From the human T2T-CHM13v2.0 reference genome, Homo sapiens: a stretch of DNA of 64,000 nucleotides. A program made the translations under genes and the position numbers. The stretch is taken from assembly GCF_009914755.1 (NCBI RefSeq), contig NC_060925.1. One strand, given 5' to 3'. Shown here one piece after another: positions 16,573-52,312 of the stretch. The stretch's first letter is position 1. Every line of letters starts with the position of its first letter. The notes beneath the pieces are model-generated. The model did not search any database and was not told the origin of the DNA. It saw only the letters and a program-made list of their open reading frames with translations.

Positions 16573-18221
16573 TATTTGTCTTTTTTCCGCGGTGTCCCTG
16601 CACTCTCCCCATACATATTCCTCTCCTGCCAGATTGTAAGCCTCTAGAGGGAAGAAGTAATGTCTCTCTCCTTGGCACCAGGCACGTGGCACACACTCCA
16701 CAAATATTTGTTGAAAGGGAGGGTAAATGGCCTTGAGTTTCTGTGGCTACCATTGGCTGAGGATGGAGCTTTGGGCTGGACAAAGAAGAATCTGGTTGAC
16801 CACATGAAGCAGGAAGGAGGCTCAGAACGGTGTTGAGGGAGCCTCCACAATGGGTGGGCACCACAGGTGAGATAAACCCATCCTCCCCCATTCCCTGCCC
16901 TGCTTAATTCCCGGGAACCAGCAACCCCTCCTATGCTATCGTCTACTGCTGAGCTGGTCCCTTATGGTGGACTTCTGTGCTCACTGTTCTGCTTTAGCCC
17001 CAGCTGTCGGGGCTGCCCTTGGGGAACAGCTTACACCTTGACCAGGCGCTCATTTCTGGGTTTCTGTTCTTGGGAAGCTGGGTCTGGGTCCTGGGAGCCA
17101 CCTGGTAACTAATAAATACCTCTTCCTCCTCCCATCTGCTCTTCCTCTCCTGTCCTGGAATCCCTCTCTGATGACTCAGCCCAACTGAGATCCAGGGTAA
17201 CTGCACCCTCAGTCCTGGGCTTTGGTTTACCTGGGTGTGGGGCTCAAAGGGCTAGACCCTTGTGGGGGTCAGGCGCTGACAAGTGGAACATTCCCACGGT
17301 GCTGCCAGCCCTGCCCACGGGGATTGGGAGGGGCAAAGTTAGCCACACCAGGGCTTCAGGGCGTGTTTCTTCCCATTCCAGTTGGGCAACTTGAGAAGCC
17401 CTGGACTCCCAAGGAGCAATCCTGTGAGCTGCTTAGAGAAGCTGTGAGGATTAGAGGGAAACTCATGTTCCCTGTTCATCCCGCAGTGGCACCACCAGCA
17501 CCCCTAATTTGGGTCTCTGGGCTGAGGGGCCCCTGGCAGCATGCTCAATGGCCTTGGATAGCTGGAATGTTTGGAATTGCCTGCATCTTGGATGAAAGTC
17601 TTAACAATAGAATGAAAACTGCTGCAACACTGTGTCAGCACTTTACAGACCACCACTGTAAATTCCCAGTTGAAACTGGGAATTTGGAATTCCATGTTCA
17701 ACCAAATCATGCTGAGTGCCCAGCACAGCGTCTGACACACTAAATGCTACAGGTGAATTCCCTTTTTCCTCTTTCCTGGCAGGAAGCGGGGATAGGGGAA
17801 CCACTAGAAATACTGTAATAACATGAATAAGACAAGGCCATTAGCCGGGAGCAAATCATAGAACATCAGCCCTGTGAAATGAGTGGTATTAGTGTTACCA
17901 TTTTTCAGATGGAGAAATTGAGACTCAGAAAGGTTAATTAGCCAAAAATCACACAGACAGTAATAGCAGAGCTAGGAAAAGAATGTTCATCCTAGTACCT
18001 AACTTTGATCTTCCCAAAACACCAAACTGACTTCTAAAGCTGAAGAAAGAGGACACAGAAGCTTCATCTCAGATCTCACCACCAGCTGCCCCTTAATCTG
18101 CCAACATCGAACCATTCTCTCCCCTCTAGACTACAGTGGCTTCAAACTTTGACTTATCTCCAGTATTTTTTTGTACATAGCAATAGCAACAAAAGTTTCA
18201 CAAAACAATATTACCTTTGTA

Positions 18222-20395
<2,174 letters not shown>

Positions 20396-20999
20396 CTCCA
20401 ATTCTTAAATGTTCAATCTTTCATCAGATTTTTAAGAAACAGTGTGTGGGCCAATTACACATGCCTGTGGCCACGCCCCTTCTCCACCTGCCAGAAGAGA
20501 CTAGTGGGATGATGAGATTCTTGCCCTTCAGAAAAAACAATGGTTGCCAAGGGAGCATTAGCTACGGTACCCAGAGATAAATGCTGGAATGGAGGTGAGC
20601 TCCTGGCCCATCCCTACCCTATGGGTCTAGCTCATGCTCTTAGGCTTAAAGGAGAACTCTGGCTTCCAGCAAAGTGCAGAGCCCACTCCTGGAACACACA
20701 CTGGCAACAGGCACACTGTCATGGATGGCCACCCCTAACTGCAATGTGGATGAGGAACCTGGGTGGGGTGTCAGGGCTTTTTAATATTTATTTCTCCTTC
20801 TCTATTTTTTGCCTCCTCTAAATCCCTTAGAAAAGTGGGAATCAGATGGCAAGATACAGAAAGGTTCTCAGAGTGTTGTGCATCTGTGTGAAAATCTAAA
20901 AGAAAAAAAACTGGGATGAGGATTTAGGAATAAGGGAAGATGGACCTCTCAGGTATAATGGGAAAGCAAGCAGTGCTGGTCTCCATGGTTGAAGATGGT

Positions 21000-24600
<3,601 letters not shown>

Positions 24601-25141
24601 CAGTGGAACCAACAGGAGGGAAGGAGAGAATGTAGGAGATACATAAGGAAGTAGGGGACACGGTGCGGGTGGGGAGGTGAGTGCTCAGTATCTAAAAAGA
24701 TACTGATGCTGGTCTTTAGGGTGAATGCGAAGTCATAGCTCCCAATGATGAAGCACAAACAGGTCACATGTAAGTCCTGCATGTGCATTCCTCTGACAAT
24801 GGGGAGTAGGTGGCTAGGACACAACAGTAACATCACAGAGGGAGCTTAGCTCAAGGATAGAAAACTGGGGAGACCTTTGTTTGCTGTGCCTGGCCTCACC
24901 CTCTGTTCATTACTCCTAGAGTGACTGGTCCTTATCACCCCAGCTCCTTTTTGTTTTTCTGTCTCCTGCCTTTTCCAGAAGTCTGTTGAACTCAAAGGGC
25001 TGAATGACAGCAGTCTTCCCTCCGTGACTGGGAAACTACACGGGAGGTACCAAAGGGGAACAGAGCTATGCCTGTGGTGGTGAAACCCTTTAACTGCAAT
25101 TAGAGCCTTATTCCCTGCCTAAAGCCTTTTTTTTTTTTTGA

Positions 25142-25369
<228 letters not shown>

Positions 25370-25503
25370 TGATCCTCCTGCTTTGGCCTCCTGAAATGCT
25401 GGGATTGAAGGCCTGAGTGCCCACACACTTTCACTGGGTGATCTTTATCCAAGTCCCACCTCGCCTGGCCCAAAAGCCCCCACCCCTTTTTTTTTTCCCC
25501 TGA

Positions 25504-25611
<108 letters not shown>

Positions 25612-25786
25612 TAGCTGGGATTACAGGCACATGCCACCATGCCTGGCTAATTCTTGTATTTTTAGTAGAGAAGGGGTTTCGTGATGTTGGCCAGGCTGGT
25701 CTCGAACTCCTGACCTCAGGTGATCCACCTGCCTCGCCTTCCCAAAGTGCTGGGATTACAGGCGTAAGCTACCATGCCCAGCGGTG

Positions 25787-25788
<2 letters not shown>

Positions 25789-25830
<42 letters not shown>
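25789..25830 (+). repeat. (CA)n microsatellite
   Basis: Direct reading. Confidence 0.95.
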
Positions 25831-26794
25831 TTTATGGTCTAGAGAAGAGAGGCCTATTTCTTTTACATGAAGAGGTTTGTATGTGAATCACCTATGGGAC
25901 TAAAAGTCTTTCCTAAAGGAAGCCAAGTAAGAAAAGTTTAATCTGTAAAGCCTTACTACTATAAGATTTTTTTTTCCTCATCACTGTGATTACCTGGAGA
26001 TATAAGTATTATTGTTATTATTTGTTTTTCTTAAACAGAGGTGGAGCTCTCCCTGTGTTGCCCAGGCTGTTCTCAGTACTACTGGGCTCAAGCAATCCTC
26101 CTGCCTCAGCCTCCCAAAGAGCTGGGATTCCAGACGTGAGCCACTGTGCCCAGCCTACTTTTATAACTCATCAAAAAGCGAAGTGGCTAAGGGAGAAAAG
26201 CATGTTAACCTCTACCAAAATACTAAACTGGAAGGCATCCCTGGAATGGGGAAGATTAGAGAACAGTATGGCCTCAGGAGCACAGAAATCACTGACTACA
26301 GCTTTTCTTTTGTGTACTGATCACACAGGGAAAGAATCAAGAAGGGGTGAGAAGGCATGTTAAAGCCTTTCCTCTGATAATCTTGAAGCAATCAGAGAAA
26401 CACATCTCACTAGAGAAAAAACACTCACAGAGGAAGAGAGCAGCATACAAGCACTTCTGAGGCTGAGCCAGCCTGAATTCCAATAACCCAACATGCAGGA
26501 AAGGATTTTTTTTTTTTTACTCTAAGTTAACAGAATCATGTTCTAATCAAGGTCTGTGAATAAATTAAGGATACTCTTTATGAAAAAAAGTGAAAGACAC
26601 CAATTTGGCATGGCATTTGGCAACACTTCAGGTTTAGTTGTTTTAATAGTTTGATTTGGTTTTTAAAAATGTGGGAGGCAGGGTGTGGTGGCTCACGCCG
26701 GTAATCCCAGCACTTTCAGAGGCTGATACAGGAAGATCACGTGACCCCAGGCATTCAAGATGACCCTGGGCAACACAGGGAGAGCCTATCTCTA

Positions 26795-27016
<222 letters not shown>

Positions 27017-27103
27017 TTACTCAGATAAATTGACTGTATCAGCCAGGCACGGTGGCTCACGTCTGTAAACCCAGCACTTTGGGAGGCCGAGGCGGGCGGA
27101 TCA

Positions 27104-27352
<249 letters not shown>

Positions 27353-27917
27353 TCAGCCAACCTTCATCATTTTGAGTAGGGGAGACTTTGGGGAAGTTGA
27401 ATCTCCAAGCATATGAAGTGAATGCAACAAATATCATCACGGGACATGTGATCTTCCTTCTTTAGCAGGGAATAAGGCTCTATTGTATCAGGTTCCTAGA
27501 TTAGATAAAAGGGTGTGCTTGGATGGCAGGCACAGTGGTTCATGCCTGTAATCCCAGCACTTTGGGAGGCTGAGGCGGGCAGATCACTTGAGGTCAGGAG
27601 TTCGAGACCAGCCTGGCCAACATGGTAAAACCCCGTCTCTACTAAAAATACAAAAATTAGCCAGGCGCAGTGGTGCGTGCCTGTAATCCCAGCTACTCGG
27701 GAGGCTGAGGCGGGAGAATCGCTTGAACCCAGGAGGCGGAGGTCATAGGGAACTGAGATCTTGGAAATAAGTTAACAATGAGGAAAGATAGAATATGGGG
27801 GCAGACATGGGGTGGTTAATACAAGTGGAGAAGCCTTCCAGAGGGCAGAAGGGAAGTTCTAGGCATGGACTGGAGGGAGAGAGTCCTCCAGCTGTACACG
27901 TTGACTTCTTGCTATAG

Positions 27918-28068
27918 GAACCGTATCCTGACGCAGACGCGATGCGGTGTTCCATCAGGAAATGCTTCATACTCTCAGTGGGCATCGTATTCCTGTGGCC
28001 CTTCATCACTTTGAAAATCCCCAAGGAAACTGAAGATGATCAAAATGTGATGACTGTCAAAGGCCAAG
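27918..28068 (+). pseudogene. MGAT4EP: MGAT4EP first coding exon (type II signal-anchor)
   Basis: Acceptor TTCTTGCTATAG| at 27917. ATG 27942 gives MRCSIRKCFILSVGIVFLWPFITLKIPKETEDDQNV, resembling MGAT4C MRCLRKR plus TM helix. Donor position uncertain (~28055-28068). Confidence 0.7.
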
Positions 28069-28459
28069 TAGCAAGCCTTGAGCCTTGCTCAGTTTGGGAA
28101 CTGGGAATATAGGGTGGAAATGGTGTGGACAGGCAGATTCTGGAAAGCCCCTGGGCTTTCTTCCTTCCTGACCTTTTCACCTGAGAGCAGGAAGCTCCAA
28201 AGGGAATGGGGGTATGGACCTGGGCCTATTAGTCCATGAAGAAGCTGTATTTATTTTCCTTATTCGTTAAGGTAAAGAAGACAGCAAATACTGCTTGAGC
28301 CCTGGATATTTTAGCCAATGGCCAGGCATCCTGAGAATGTGCCAGGCTCACTCTAGGGAGAATGGTTCACTCCACCTCTTTCCCTAGAAAAGCTTATGGG
28401 AAGCCACTGGGGTGTAAAATTTGTTCTTTTTATGAAAGGATATATATGTTTGCCCTTGT

Positions 28460-28567
28460 CAATGCCCCCGGAGGCCAGTTATAACAGCCGGAAGGACCCA
28501 AGATCACTAGAAGACTGGCAGAACCTCACCTTCAAATATATGGAAAAAATCCAGAAGAGAAGAAAGA
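28460..28567 (+). pseudogene. MGAT4EP: MGAT4EP stem exon (5' boundary uncertain)
   Basis: ...[20 protein letters not shown] resembles MGAT4C NVTYRYLAATPLQRKR. Phase-1 donor AAGA|GTGAGT at 28567/68 is compatible with the acceptor at 29846. Confidence 0.7.
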
Positions 28568-29527
28568 GTGAGTACCAACAAGAAGGAGGAATTCAGCATC
28601 CCAGGGGAAGTAGGGACAGCCAGAGAGATCAGGCAGATAGGAAGGAAAGCAGAAGAGGGAAGGAGAAAAACAGACTGTGCCCAGGAATATTAGAATCCGG
28701 CAGACAATGGCCAAGTGTGGTGGCTCATGCCTGTAATCCCAGCACTTTGGGAGGCCTAGGTGGGTGGATCACGAAGTCAGGAGTTCGAGACCAGCCTGGC
28801 CAAGATGGTGAAATCCCATCTCTACTAAAAATACAAAAATTAGCTGGGCACAGTGGGGGACATCTGTAATCCCAGCTACTCAGGAAGCTGAGGCAGGAGA
28901 ATCGCTTGAACCTGGGAGGCGGTGGTAGCAGTAAGCCAAGATCGCACCATTGCACTCCAGCCTGGGCAACAGAGTGAGACTCCTTCTCAAAAAAAAAAAA
29001 AAAAAAGAATCTGGCAGTTAATTCTCTCCTCCTTCCCCAAGGCAAATATTTATATATCAGCAGTATGAGGAGGAAGGAGGAAAAAGATAAAGTTGGCTAC
29101 TACTTTTCTTTTTTTCCCTTCTTGGCCAGTTACTAAAGTTAATTGCTATAAGAAGGTGGAATCACTAGATTAGAGAACATTTGGATCAGAAGGGGTCTTA
29201 GAGTCGCATAGTCCAACTCCCCCAGTTTATGGATCAGGAACTAAACTCAGGGCTGAAGGGACTTGCTCAAGATCACACAATCAGTGGCAGAACTGGGACA
29301 AAAACTCCAGGCTCCTGACTTCCAGGGGAAGTCCTTTTCCTAATATACCTCCTTCAAAGGGCAGCTTTGGGAAGACGACAACAATTGACAACAATATAAT
29401 AATATAATTGACAACAATTATAACTATTATAATAGCTAACATTTATTGAGCCCCTAAACCATACGCCACAAAGTTCTAGGCTCAAAGAAGACTGAGCAGA
29501 ACCCACAGACACTCAGCATCACCTAGC

Positions 29528-29686
29528 TTAGTACTTCTCAAACTTTACTGTGCATACAAGTTACCTGGTGATACTGTGAAAATGCAGCTTCTGATTAAAT
29601 CTGAGATAGGGATCGAGATCCTGTATTTGAAATGAGCTTACAGAGCAGCCTGATGTTGCTGGACTAAGGACCACACTTCGAGCAGC
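29528..29686. mobile_element. MER5-like hAT DNA transposon
   Basis: AGTACTTCTCAAACTTT...AAAATGCAG.TTCTGATT...GGACCACACTTCGAG. Confidence 0.7.
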
Positions 29687-29846
29687 AAGGATGTAAACAT
29701 CCCCTCCACCAAGGGAAAAACAGGTGGGAAATAAGAGGGAGGAAGGAAGAGTGAAGGTCCCACATAGGATCCCAACCCCTAACCCTTCTGACAACCGTCA
29801 CTATTACTGTGCACTGACAGTTGTCCCTATTTTTACCTCTCCTCAG

Positions 29847-30972
29847 CATGGCTGACAGTGGGGAATCTCATCAGTGCAGCAAGGGGATGGAAGCAGCCTC
29901 TTGTACACATTGGTCTCCCTGTTCCGTGTTTCTTCTAAGGCTGAGCAGAAACGTCTCACGGTGCTGGTCCACCTGGCAGATTCTGACCTCACCTGGCTCA
30001 GAGAAACTCTTGCCCATATTTCAAGCCTCTTCAGCCCACAGATCTTGAAAGGGCAGTTGCTACTGATCCATGCTTCATCCGATGCCTACCCCACTGTGGA
30101 GAGCATCAGGGATGAGGCCTTTCATGGCGAATTCTACTCCAAGCAGAACGTAGATCATGCCTTCCTCATGAGCTTTGCCACAAAGTTCTCTGATTACTTC
30201 CTGTTAATAGAGGACAATGTCTTTTTTGCCCCCAACTTTGTCACCCACATTCATTCAAGGGTGACCACCATGAAGTCCAACTCGTGGGTGCTAATGGAGT
30301 TCTCCAATATGGGCTTCCTTGGCAAACTCTTCCACAGCAGGGACCTCCCACTCCTGGCCCATTTCCTCCTTCTCTTCTACAAGGAGAAACCCCTTGACAG
30401 CCTGATTTCTCATTTCCATACGCTCCTGGTCCAGGAAAGCCCAATCCTCTGCAGACCTTTCCTATTCTACTGCAGGGTCTCCTACACTGCCTTTGATCAC
30501 AAGCAGAAGGCCACAGCACTTCAGAAAAAGAATGCCGATGGTCCCAACAACCCGCCTGGAGCTGTCTTCACTGATATGCAGGTTTCCGATGTGCATTTCC
30601 CCTGGGAGGCCTACACTCTGGATGAGTCATTCTTTTGGACACACAACATTAGTATAGGAAACCACCTGACAGTGATTCTGAACCATCCAGCAAACCTGAG
30701 CAGGGTGCAAGTGATGACGGGCTCCATTGTGGAATGGGAGGTACGCCCTGGAGAAGGGGCAGGTGGAGCTGGGCTACCAACCTGAGGGGGTGCCGCAGCA
30801 CTGCACCAGCTTCGCCTTGCTGGGACATCTTTCGGAGGGGCAGATGGATCAGAAGATACTTCTGAAAGGTATGGGGTACCACGTGAGCTGTGTGAGGCTG
30901 GTGGTGAAAGCTGGTCAGGCTGGGGGGCTCATGATCAGGCATATCTACCTCTGGGAGAAAAATGACAAATAG
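29847..30972 (+). pseudogene. MGAT4EP: MGAT4EP large catalytic + C-terminal lectin-like exon
   Basis: Acceptor TTTTACCTCTCCTCAG| at 29846. ORFs 29874-30785 and 30727-30972 are successive frames of one GT54 protein. Confidence 0.9.
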
Positions 30973-31586
30973 CAAGTGGATCAATGCTGAAGATAAATCA
31001 GTAGGGGGATGAAAAATTAAAATCTTAAAGCCACTTCATTCTAGTCTATATGAGTGACATAGGGGAGACACAATGGAATGAAGGGCAGACAGAGAAGACT
31101 ATCAGTCTGTTGGTGCCGCCAAGATGTCAGGAGACTTGTTGCTTCCTTTCTATCCAAACAACTCTCATAGGATATCTTTTGCTGTGGCATATATAGCTTA
31201 TCCGAATTTGGGGAGAGTTTTGGTCACTCCCAAAATATTTAGATACCTGGGATGCTGAGATCAGCCCAAATCAAGGTGTCCCTGTGTATACATGCGTGTG
31301 CATGTATGCACTTCTATGTTCACACGGAGGCAGAGGTGGGGATGAGGTATGTGGTCACAGGAGGGCAGGCAGGAAAATCACGGCTGAATCCCTAGAATTG
31401 ACATCATAAAAAGCCATGAAAGGGACTCTCATTAGAAGTTAAAATCTCCGAAGTGCAGGAAAGTAGCAGATGGACAAATAGCAATAAAACGAATCCCTTA
31501 GCTCTATTATTGAAGCTGTTTCACAGTGCCAATCTAGTTCCCTCCTTTCCTCCCCAACAAACTTGGGCACAAATAGGTTTTAACTA

Positions 31587-32940
<1,354 letters not shown>

Positions 32941-32944
32941 AAGG

Positions 32945-36030
<3,086 letters not shown>

Positions 36031-36035
36031 AACCA

Positions 36036-38850
<2,815 letters not shown>

Positions 38851-40629
38851 AACACAACATGCCTTAATTTTCCTTGGGGGAAGTGAACTCTACAAGGAGA
38901 TCAGCCTTGGTTACCAGAAAGCAAGATGCTTCTCTGAGCATAAATGCTGCTGTTGTCCTCCTCCAACTCCTTGCTTGGATTTTTTGGGACAGGTGAGATG
39001 CGGAGGTTAAGGGGCCTTGGGCTTGGGTCTGATTTCTGGTTCACTCTAGGCCCTGGTCTCTTCATAAACACTTTCCTCCAAATCTTCATTCCATGCCCTG
39101 CCAACCTCATTCTGGCCTCTCACAAGCTGGACACCGTCTTACAAAAAGCTCAAGGAATTAAGATTCTGTTTTTGGGAAAGAGGAAAGGTGACATCCTCAA
39201 GTTAAGGAAATGTTGCTTAAGAGGATTTTTGGAGAGTTGAATAAAAGTGAAGGGGCTTTCTAACAAGGAGGTTAAAACCATGGCTTTTGGAGTCTGAAAG
39301 GGTTCAAAGTTTACCTGTCATTTACTAGCTGAGTGACTTTGGGAAGTTACTTTAACTTCTGGACCCCATTTTCTCATCTGGTAAAATGGGGTTACGAATA
39401 CAGGCTCTGAGGATTAAGAGGTGAGAAGTACAATGAATACTTAGAACATTGCTTGGTACTTAGCACTGAAAAATGCTAGCCATCGCTAGTTTTACCAAAG
39501 AAAAAAGGAGAAAAGATGATGTGGTTCCTGGCAGGTGTTCGGTGGCTCCCTGACACCCACATTCTCCGCACCCTGCCCGGAACCTCCTCCCTCCTTGTCT
39601 GCATTAGTAATCCCTGCCTCCTCTGCAGGAGCCAGCTCAGCGGCCCCTCCTCTGAGCTCCCAGGGCACCTTGAGTTGGATTTGTCTGGACATTGGGTTCC
39701 TGTTTTACCTCCAAATCCACTGCTAGAGCTCAGTGGATGTTTGTTGAATTAGTGAATAATCCCTTGCTTTTGTATGTCACTTCAGTTCATAAAGCTCATA
39801 GGAATACATTATCTGATTTAATCTTCAGAAGCACACTGCAGGGAAGATCCTGTTTTATGGATTAAAAATATACATATATGAGAGACCGGTTACCTGGAGT
39901 CTGCATGGTTCATGCAGATTGCGACAACCTAGACCCTGCCTGAGGTACAGCTCCTGGGTCACCTCATGCAACCAAAGGTGGGCGTCTCGGGGAGGTTCCC
40001 ACCAGCGCAGGGAGGTGGCTTCTGAGCAACCTCACTAAAGTCTCCACCAAATTGCCAGCAGGGCCCAGGCCTTTCCCTGACTGTCCCAGCTCTCTCAATG
40101 CAATGAATCTGGGAAACCCAAACATCCTGCCCCTCTTACCCCATCAGACCTGCCCTTCCAGGGATATGGCTTTCCCTCACCCAGGGAAAAGGCTGAGGGG
40201 GCCTCAGGCTGCTGTGGGGGACATGGGTGTCCTCCTTTCTTGGTGACCAGCAATTTGACTTTGGCCAGTGTGAAGAGTGGGGCTCTGATGGGGGTGTGGG
40301 AGGAGGAAATGAAGTGGGAGCACAGCCCGCCCCCATCCTCTTTGCAGCCTCTGGGGTTCCCCTCAGGTCTGTCTGGCAGCTGTCTTCCCCACTGACCTCT
40401 TTTCCTCCCTCTGTGCTGGCCACATCCTTCCTTTATCAAAAGCAGCTGCTTTGGGTTCTCCTGAATTGCCTTTTAGGTGAAAGGCATTTGTGTTTCTTGG
40501 TAGCTGGTTCCTGCTGAGTAAGGCGGGACAGGCTCTGGCTTCCCAGGTGAGACTGGAGAGGCCAAGGCAATCCTTCACTCCTGGAGAGCTGGGGAGGAGC
40601 CCACACCACTGGGGCAATTGAGACCCCGG

Positions 40630-40682
40630 TCCCCTCCCCTCCCCTCCCCTCCACTCCACTCCACTCCCTTCCCCTCTCTCCA
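40630..40682 (+). repeat. (CCCCT)n(CCACT)n pyrimidine-rich simple repeat
   Basis: Direct reading. Confidence 0.85.
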
Positions 40683-42230
40683 TCTCCAGGACCCAGCAGC
40701 AACCCTTTTTACTCCAGGTTTCTCATTCATCCAAACATTTACTGAGCTCCTGAGTGCTAAGCACCTGAGAGGAGGGTCTCAGTGTCAGTGTCACCTCCTC
40801 CACGAAGCTTTGGAGCTCTCCCTGGGAATAAGTAAGCTCTTCTCTGGTTATTATGGTTCAAAGGAAGGTGCACAGACGGTGGTGCCACTCAAACTTGGGT
40901 TTTAATTCCAGCGCTATTTACTAGCTGAGAGATTTTATGTTATTTAACCTCTCTGAGCCAGTCTCCCCACCTATGAAACAGGGATTCCAGCTAGCACACA
41001 GGGTTGGCACTGGGGCTAAAGGGAGTTCTCCATGTAAGGCAAATGAGAGACACTTGGAGGGCATCAGCTCAACTCTCCCTCTCCAGGAGATGGAGGTGCC
41101 TAGCCTTCAGCATTTGTCAAGCCTGGCACCCTCTTTCACCCCATCACATCCTTCCATGGGGGACCACAGGCTTCAGCCCATTCCAAGGGCCTCTGTTGCT
41201 CCTGCTGACGTATCCCTAGGGGCTCCAGGGCAATCGCACACTCAGCCCTGGTCTTTGGGCTGCCCCCTCACCAGGTCTGGGCTCCTTCTTTGTTAGGAAG
41301 CTTCAGACAGGCTCAGGCAGGCAGGACATTTCCACTGTTGCCAGCCCTGCCCCAGGTAGGTGGGGAGGAGCAGATTTCTCCCACCCAGTGGCCTCAGGGC
41401 ATAGTTCTCCCTTTTCTGGTTAGGCTACTTTAGGAGCCCTGTGCATGCAAGGAGCAATATTGTTATCCATGAGGGCTAAGAAATGGGGCAGAGAGACCAT
41501 CCAGGCTCTCTGGGTCCCCTACAGGCATCATCACTTCCCTTGGGTGTGGTGGTGTCTCTCTGGTAGGAGAAAGAGCAAGAGGTGGGGCAGAGGTGTGGTC
41601 TGGATATGTAATTTCAGACATCTGACCTTCAATTGGAATAAGGATTCCAACTGTCTTTATCTGTAAAACGGAGGTAATATCTTCACAAGGTTACTGTGGC
41701 AATCAAATGAGACTAATGTGTGGGAGGGTTCAGAACTGTAAGGCAAGAAATCCATCACAGGACATTGCCCAATTTAAAGTCCTTCCATGGCTTCCCCATA
41801 GCTTTTGGGGTACAAACATGTTTACCACAGCCTCCACCCAGCTCACTAACCTCATCTCCCACCATCTGACCCACATGGTTCTTGAAGCTGAGCTCATGCC
41901 TGCTCTGGGTCTCCTGCATGCGCTACTTCCCGGTCCGGACTTCCTCCATCTAACCAACTACTCATCATCAGCTTTTTAATCTTTCTCAAGAGAAGCCTTC
42001 CCCGACTCTTCACACAAGGCCAGGGCTGCTTGTTACTTGCCCTCTTCGGACCTTCATTTTTGCACACTTACAACGAGTTGTGTGACTGTCCAAGGTCTGC
42101 ATCCGCCCACCTCTGTTCCCTGAATGTGGGCTTCCTGAGGATAGGTACTGAGCAGCATGCCGACAGTATCTCCAGGCTTTGCAGGGCATTTAGCACACGG
42201 TAGACATTTTATTTGTTGAAAGAAAAAAGC

Positions 42231-45692
<3,462 letters not shown>

Positions 45693-45729
45693 AGGCTGAT
45701 GGAAATGTTCTGAACATGTTTAAAGAAGG

Positions 45730-46050
45730 CTAAACTCTAATGTTCACTGGGTATATTAAATTGACTTATGATCAGTTTATTAGGATGCAAACCCATCATA
45801 AGTCGAGGAGCAACTGTATTTGTTAAGAGCTTCCCACGTTATTCTAATGTGCAGGCAGAACGGAGAAGCGCTGACCTAGAACCGGTATTCTCAGTGTGGT
45901 CTCAGCCAGCATTAGCATTGCCTGGGAACTTGTTAGAAAGGAAAATAATCAGGCCTCACCCCAGATCTCCTGAAACTCAAGGGGTAGGACCGGTAATCTG
46001 AGTTTACAACTCCTCTAGGGGGTTCTAGTACAGGCTAAAGAACTCTTATG
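45730..46050. mobile_element. Tigger4-like end (~45730-45818) and MER5A-like fragments
   Basis: CCCATCATAAGTCGAGGAGCAACTGTA; CCTGGGAACTTGTTAGAAA...AGGCCTCACCCCAGA. Confidence 0.55.
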
Positions 46051-46339
46051 GAGTCACTCAATTTTAAAGCAGAAAATAATCAAAAAGGGTGTCTTACCTA
46101 AGTTTGTCCTTTTGTTCTCTGGGAAAAGGAGGGAGAGTTAAACAGCTTCCCAACATGTTCTTGGCAGAGTCAGACCTAGAGGCTGGGTTTTGCTCCCCAC
46201 ATGCAGTCCCCTCCTCCGTTGTCCTGTCCACTCTTGCACAGCCTTGTGTCAGACAGTCCACAAAGGATACAATTCCTACCACCCTGTACATGCCTGTTAC
46301 CTTTCCCATCAAGAGGCAGACTTGATTTCTCCCTGTTAG

Positions 46340-47062
<723 letters not shown>

Positions 47063-47090
47063 TGTGTCTCCCATTGAATGTGGGCCTTAA

Positions 47091-51398
<4,308 letters not shown>

Positions 51399-51688
51399 AC
51401 ATCTAAAACTGAATTCTTCTCCAAGCCTAAATGGGAAACATGGGAGGGAGAACATCTCATGCTGTCCAAGCAGCAAGTCACCCATGACCCTTCTCCCTGT
51501 GTGCCATGTCAACTGGTCACTAAGCACTGTGACCCAACCCTTTTACTCTTCCCTCCCCCATCTCACTGCTCTGGTCCAAGCATTGGTTTTTCACCTTGAT
51601 AACTACAACAGCCACTATCCCTCTACGGTACTGTGCCCAGAAATCTATCCTTCTTGCAACTGTCAAGCAATCCTTTAAGGCAAGATTT

Positions 51689-52310
<622 letters not shown>

Positions 52311-52312
52311 TA

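Larger units (their letters stand above)
27942..30972 (+). pseudogene. MGAT4EP: MGAT4 family (GT54 N-acetylglucosaminyltransferase, MGAT4C-like) unprocessed pseudogene, three coding exons
   Basis: Homology to MGAT4C along its whole length (WLTVG/ISSV, VHLADSD, SKQNVDHAFLM, EFSNMGFLGKLFHSRDLPLLAHFLLLFY, NPPG, CVRL...LMIRHIYLW). +1 frameshifts at ~29864 and ~30731; TAG at 30970-30972; AATAAA at 31483. Symbol assigned from position next to PCAT6/KDM5B. Confidence 0.88.

Noticed and set aside
15276-16736. 125-168 aa ORFs over PCAT6
   Set aside because: GC-rich low-complexity translations with no recognisable domain; a micropeptide cannot be supported from sequence alone.
17172-17180. AP-1/ARE-like TGACTCAGC; also YY1-like AAGATGGCTGC near 57108
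   Set aside because: Single short motifs are expected by chance, with no supporting context.
29874-30785. 303-aa ORF as an intact gene
   Set aside because: Starts at GTG immediately after a frameshift, lacks the signal anchor, and shifts out of frame before the C-terminus.
39500-42200. Relatively repeat-poor stretch as a possible hidden gene
   Set aside because: No recognisable protein homology or coherent exon chain; an enhancer cannot be judged from sequence alone.
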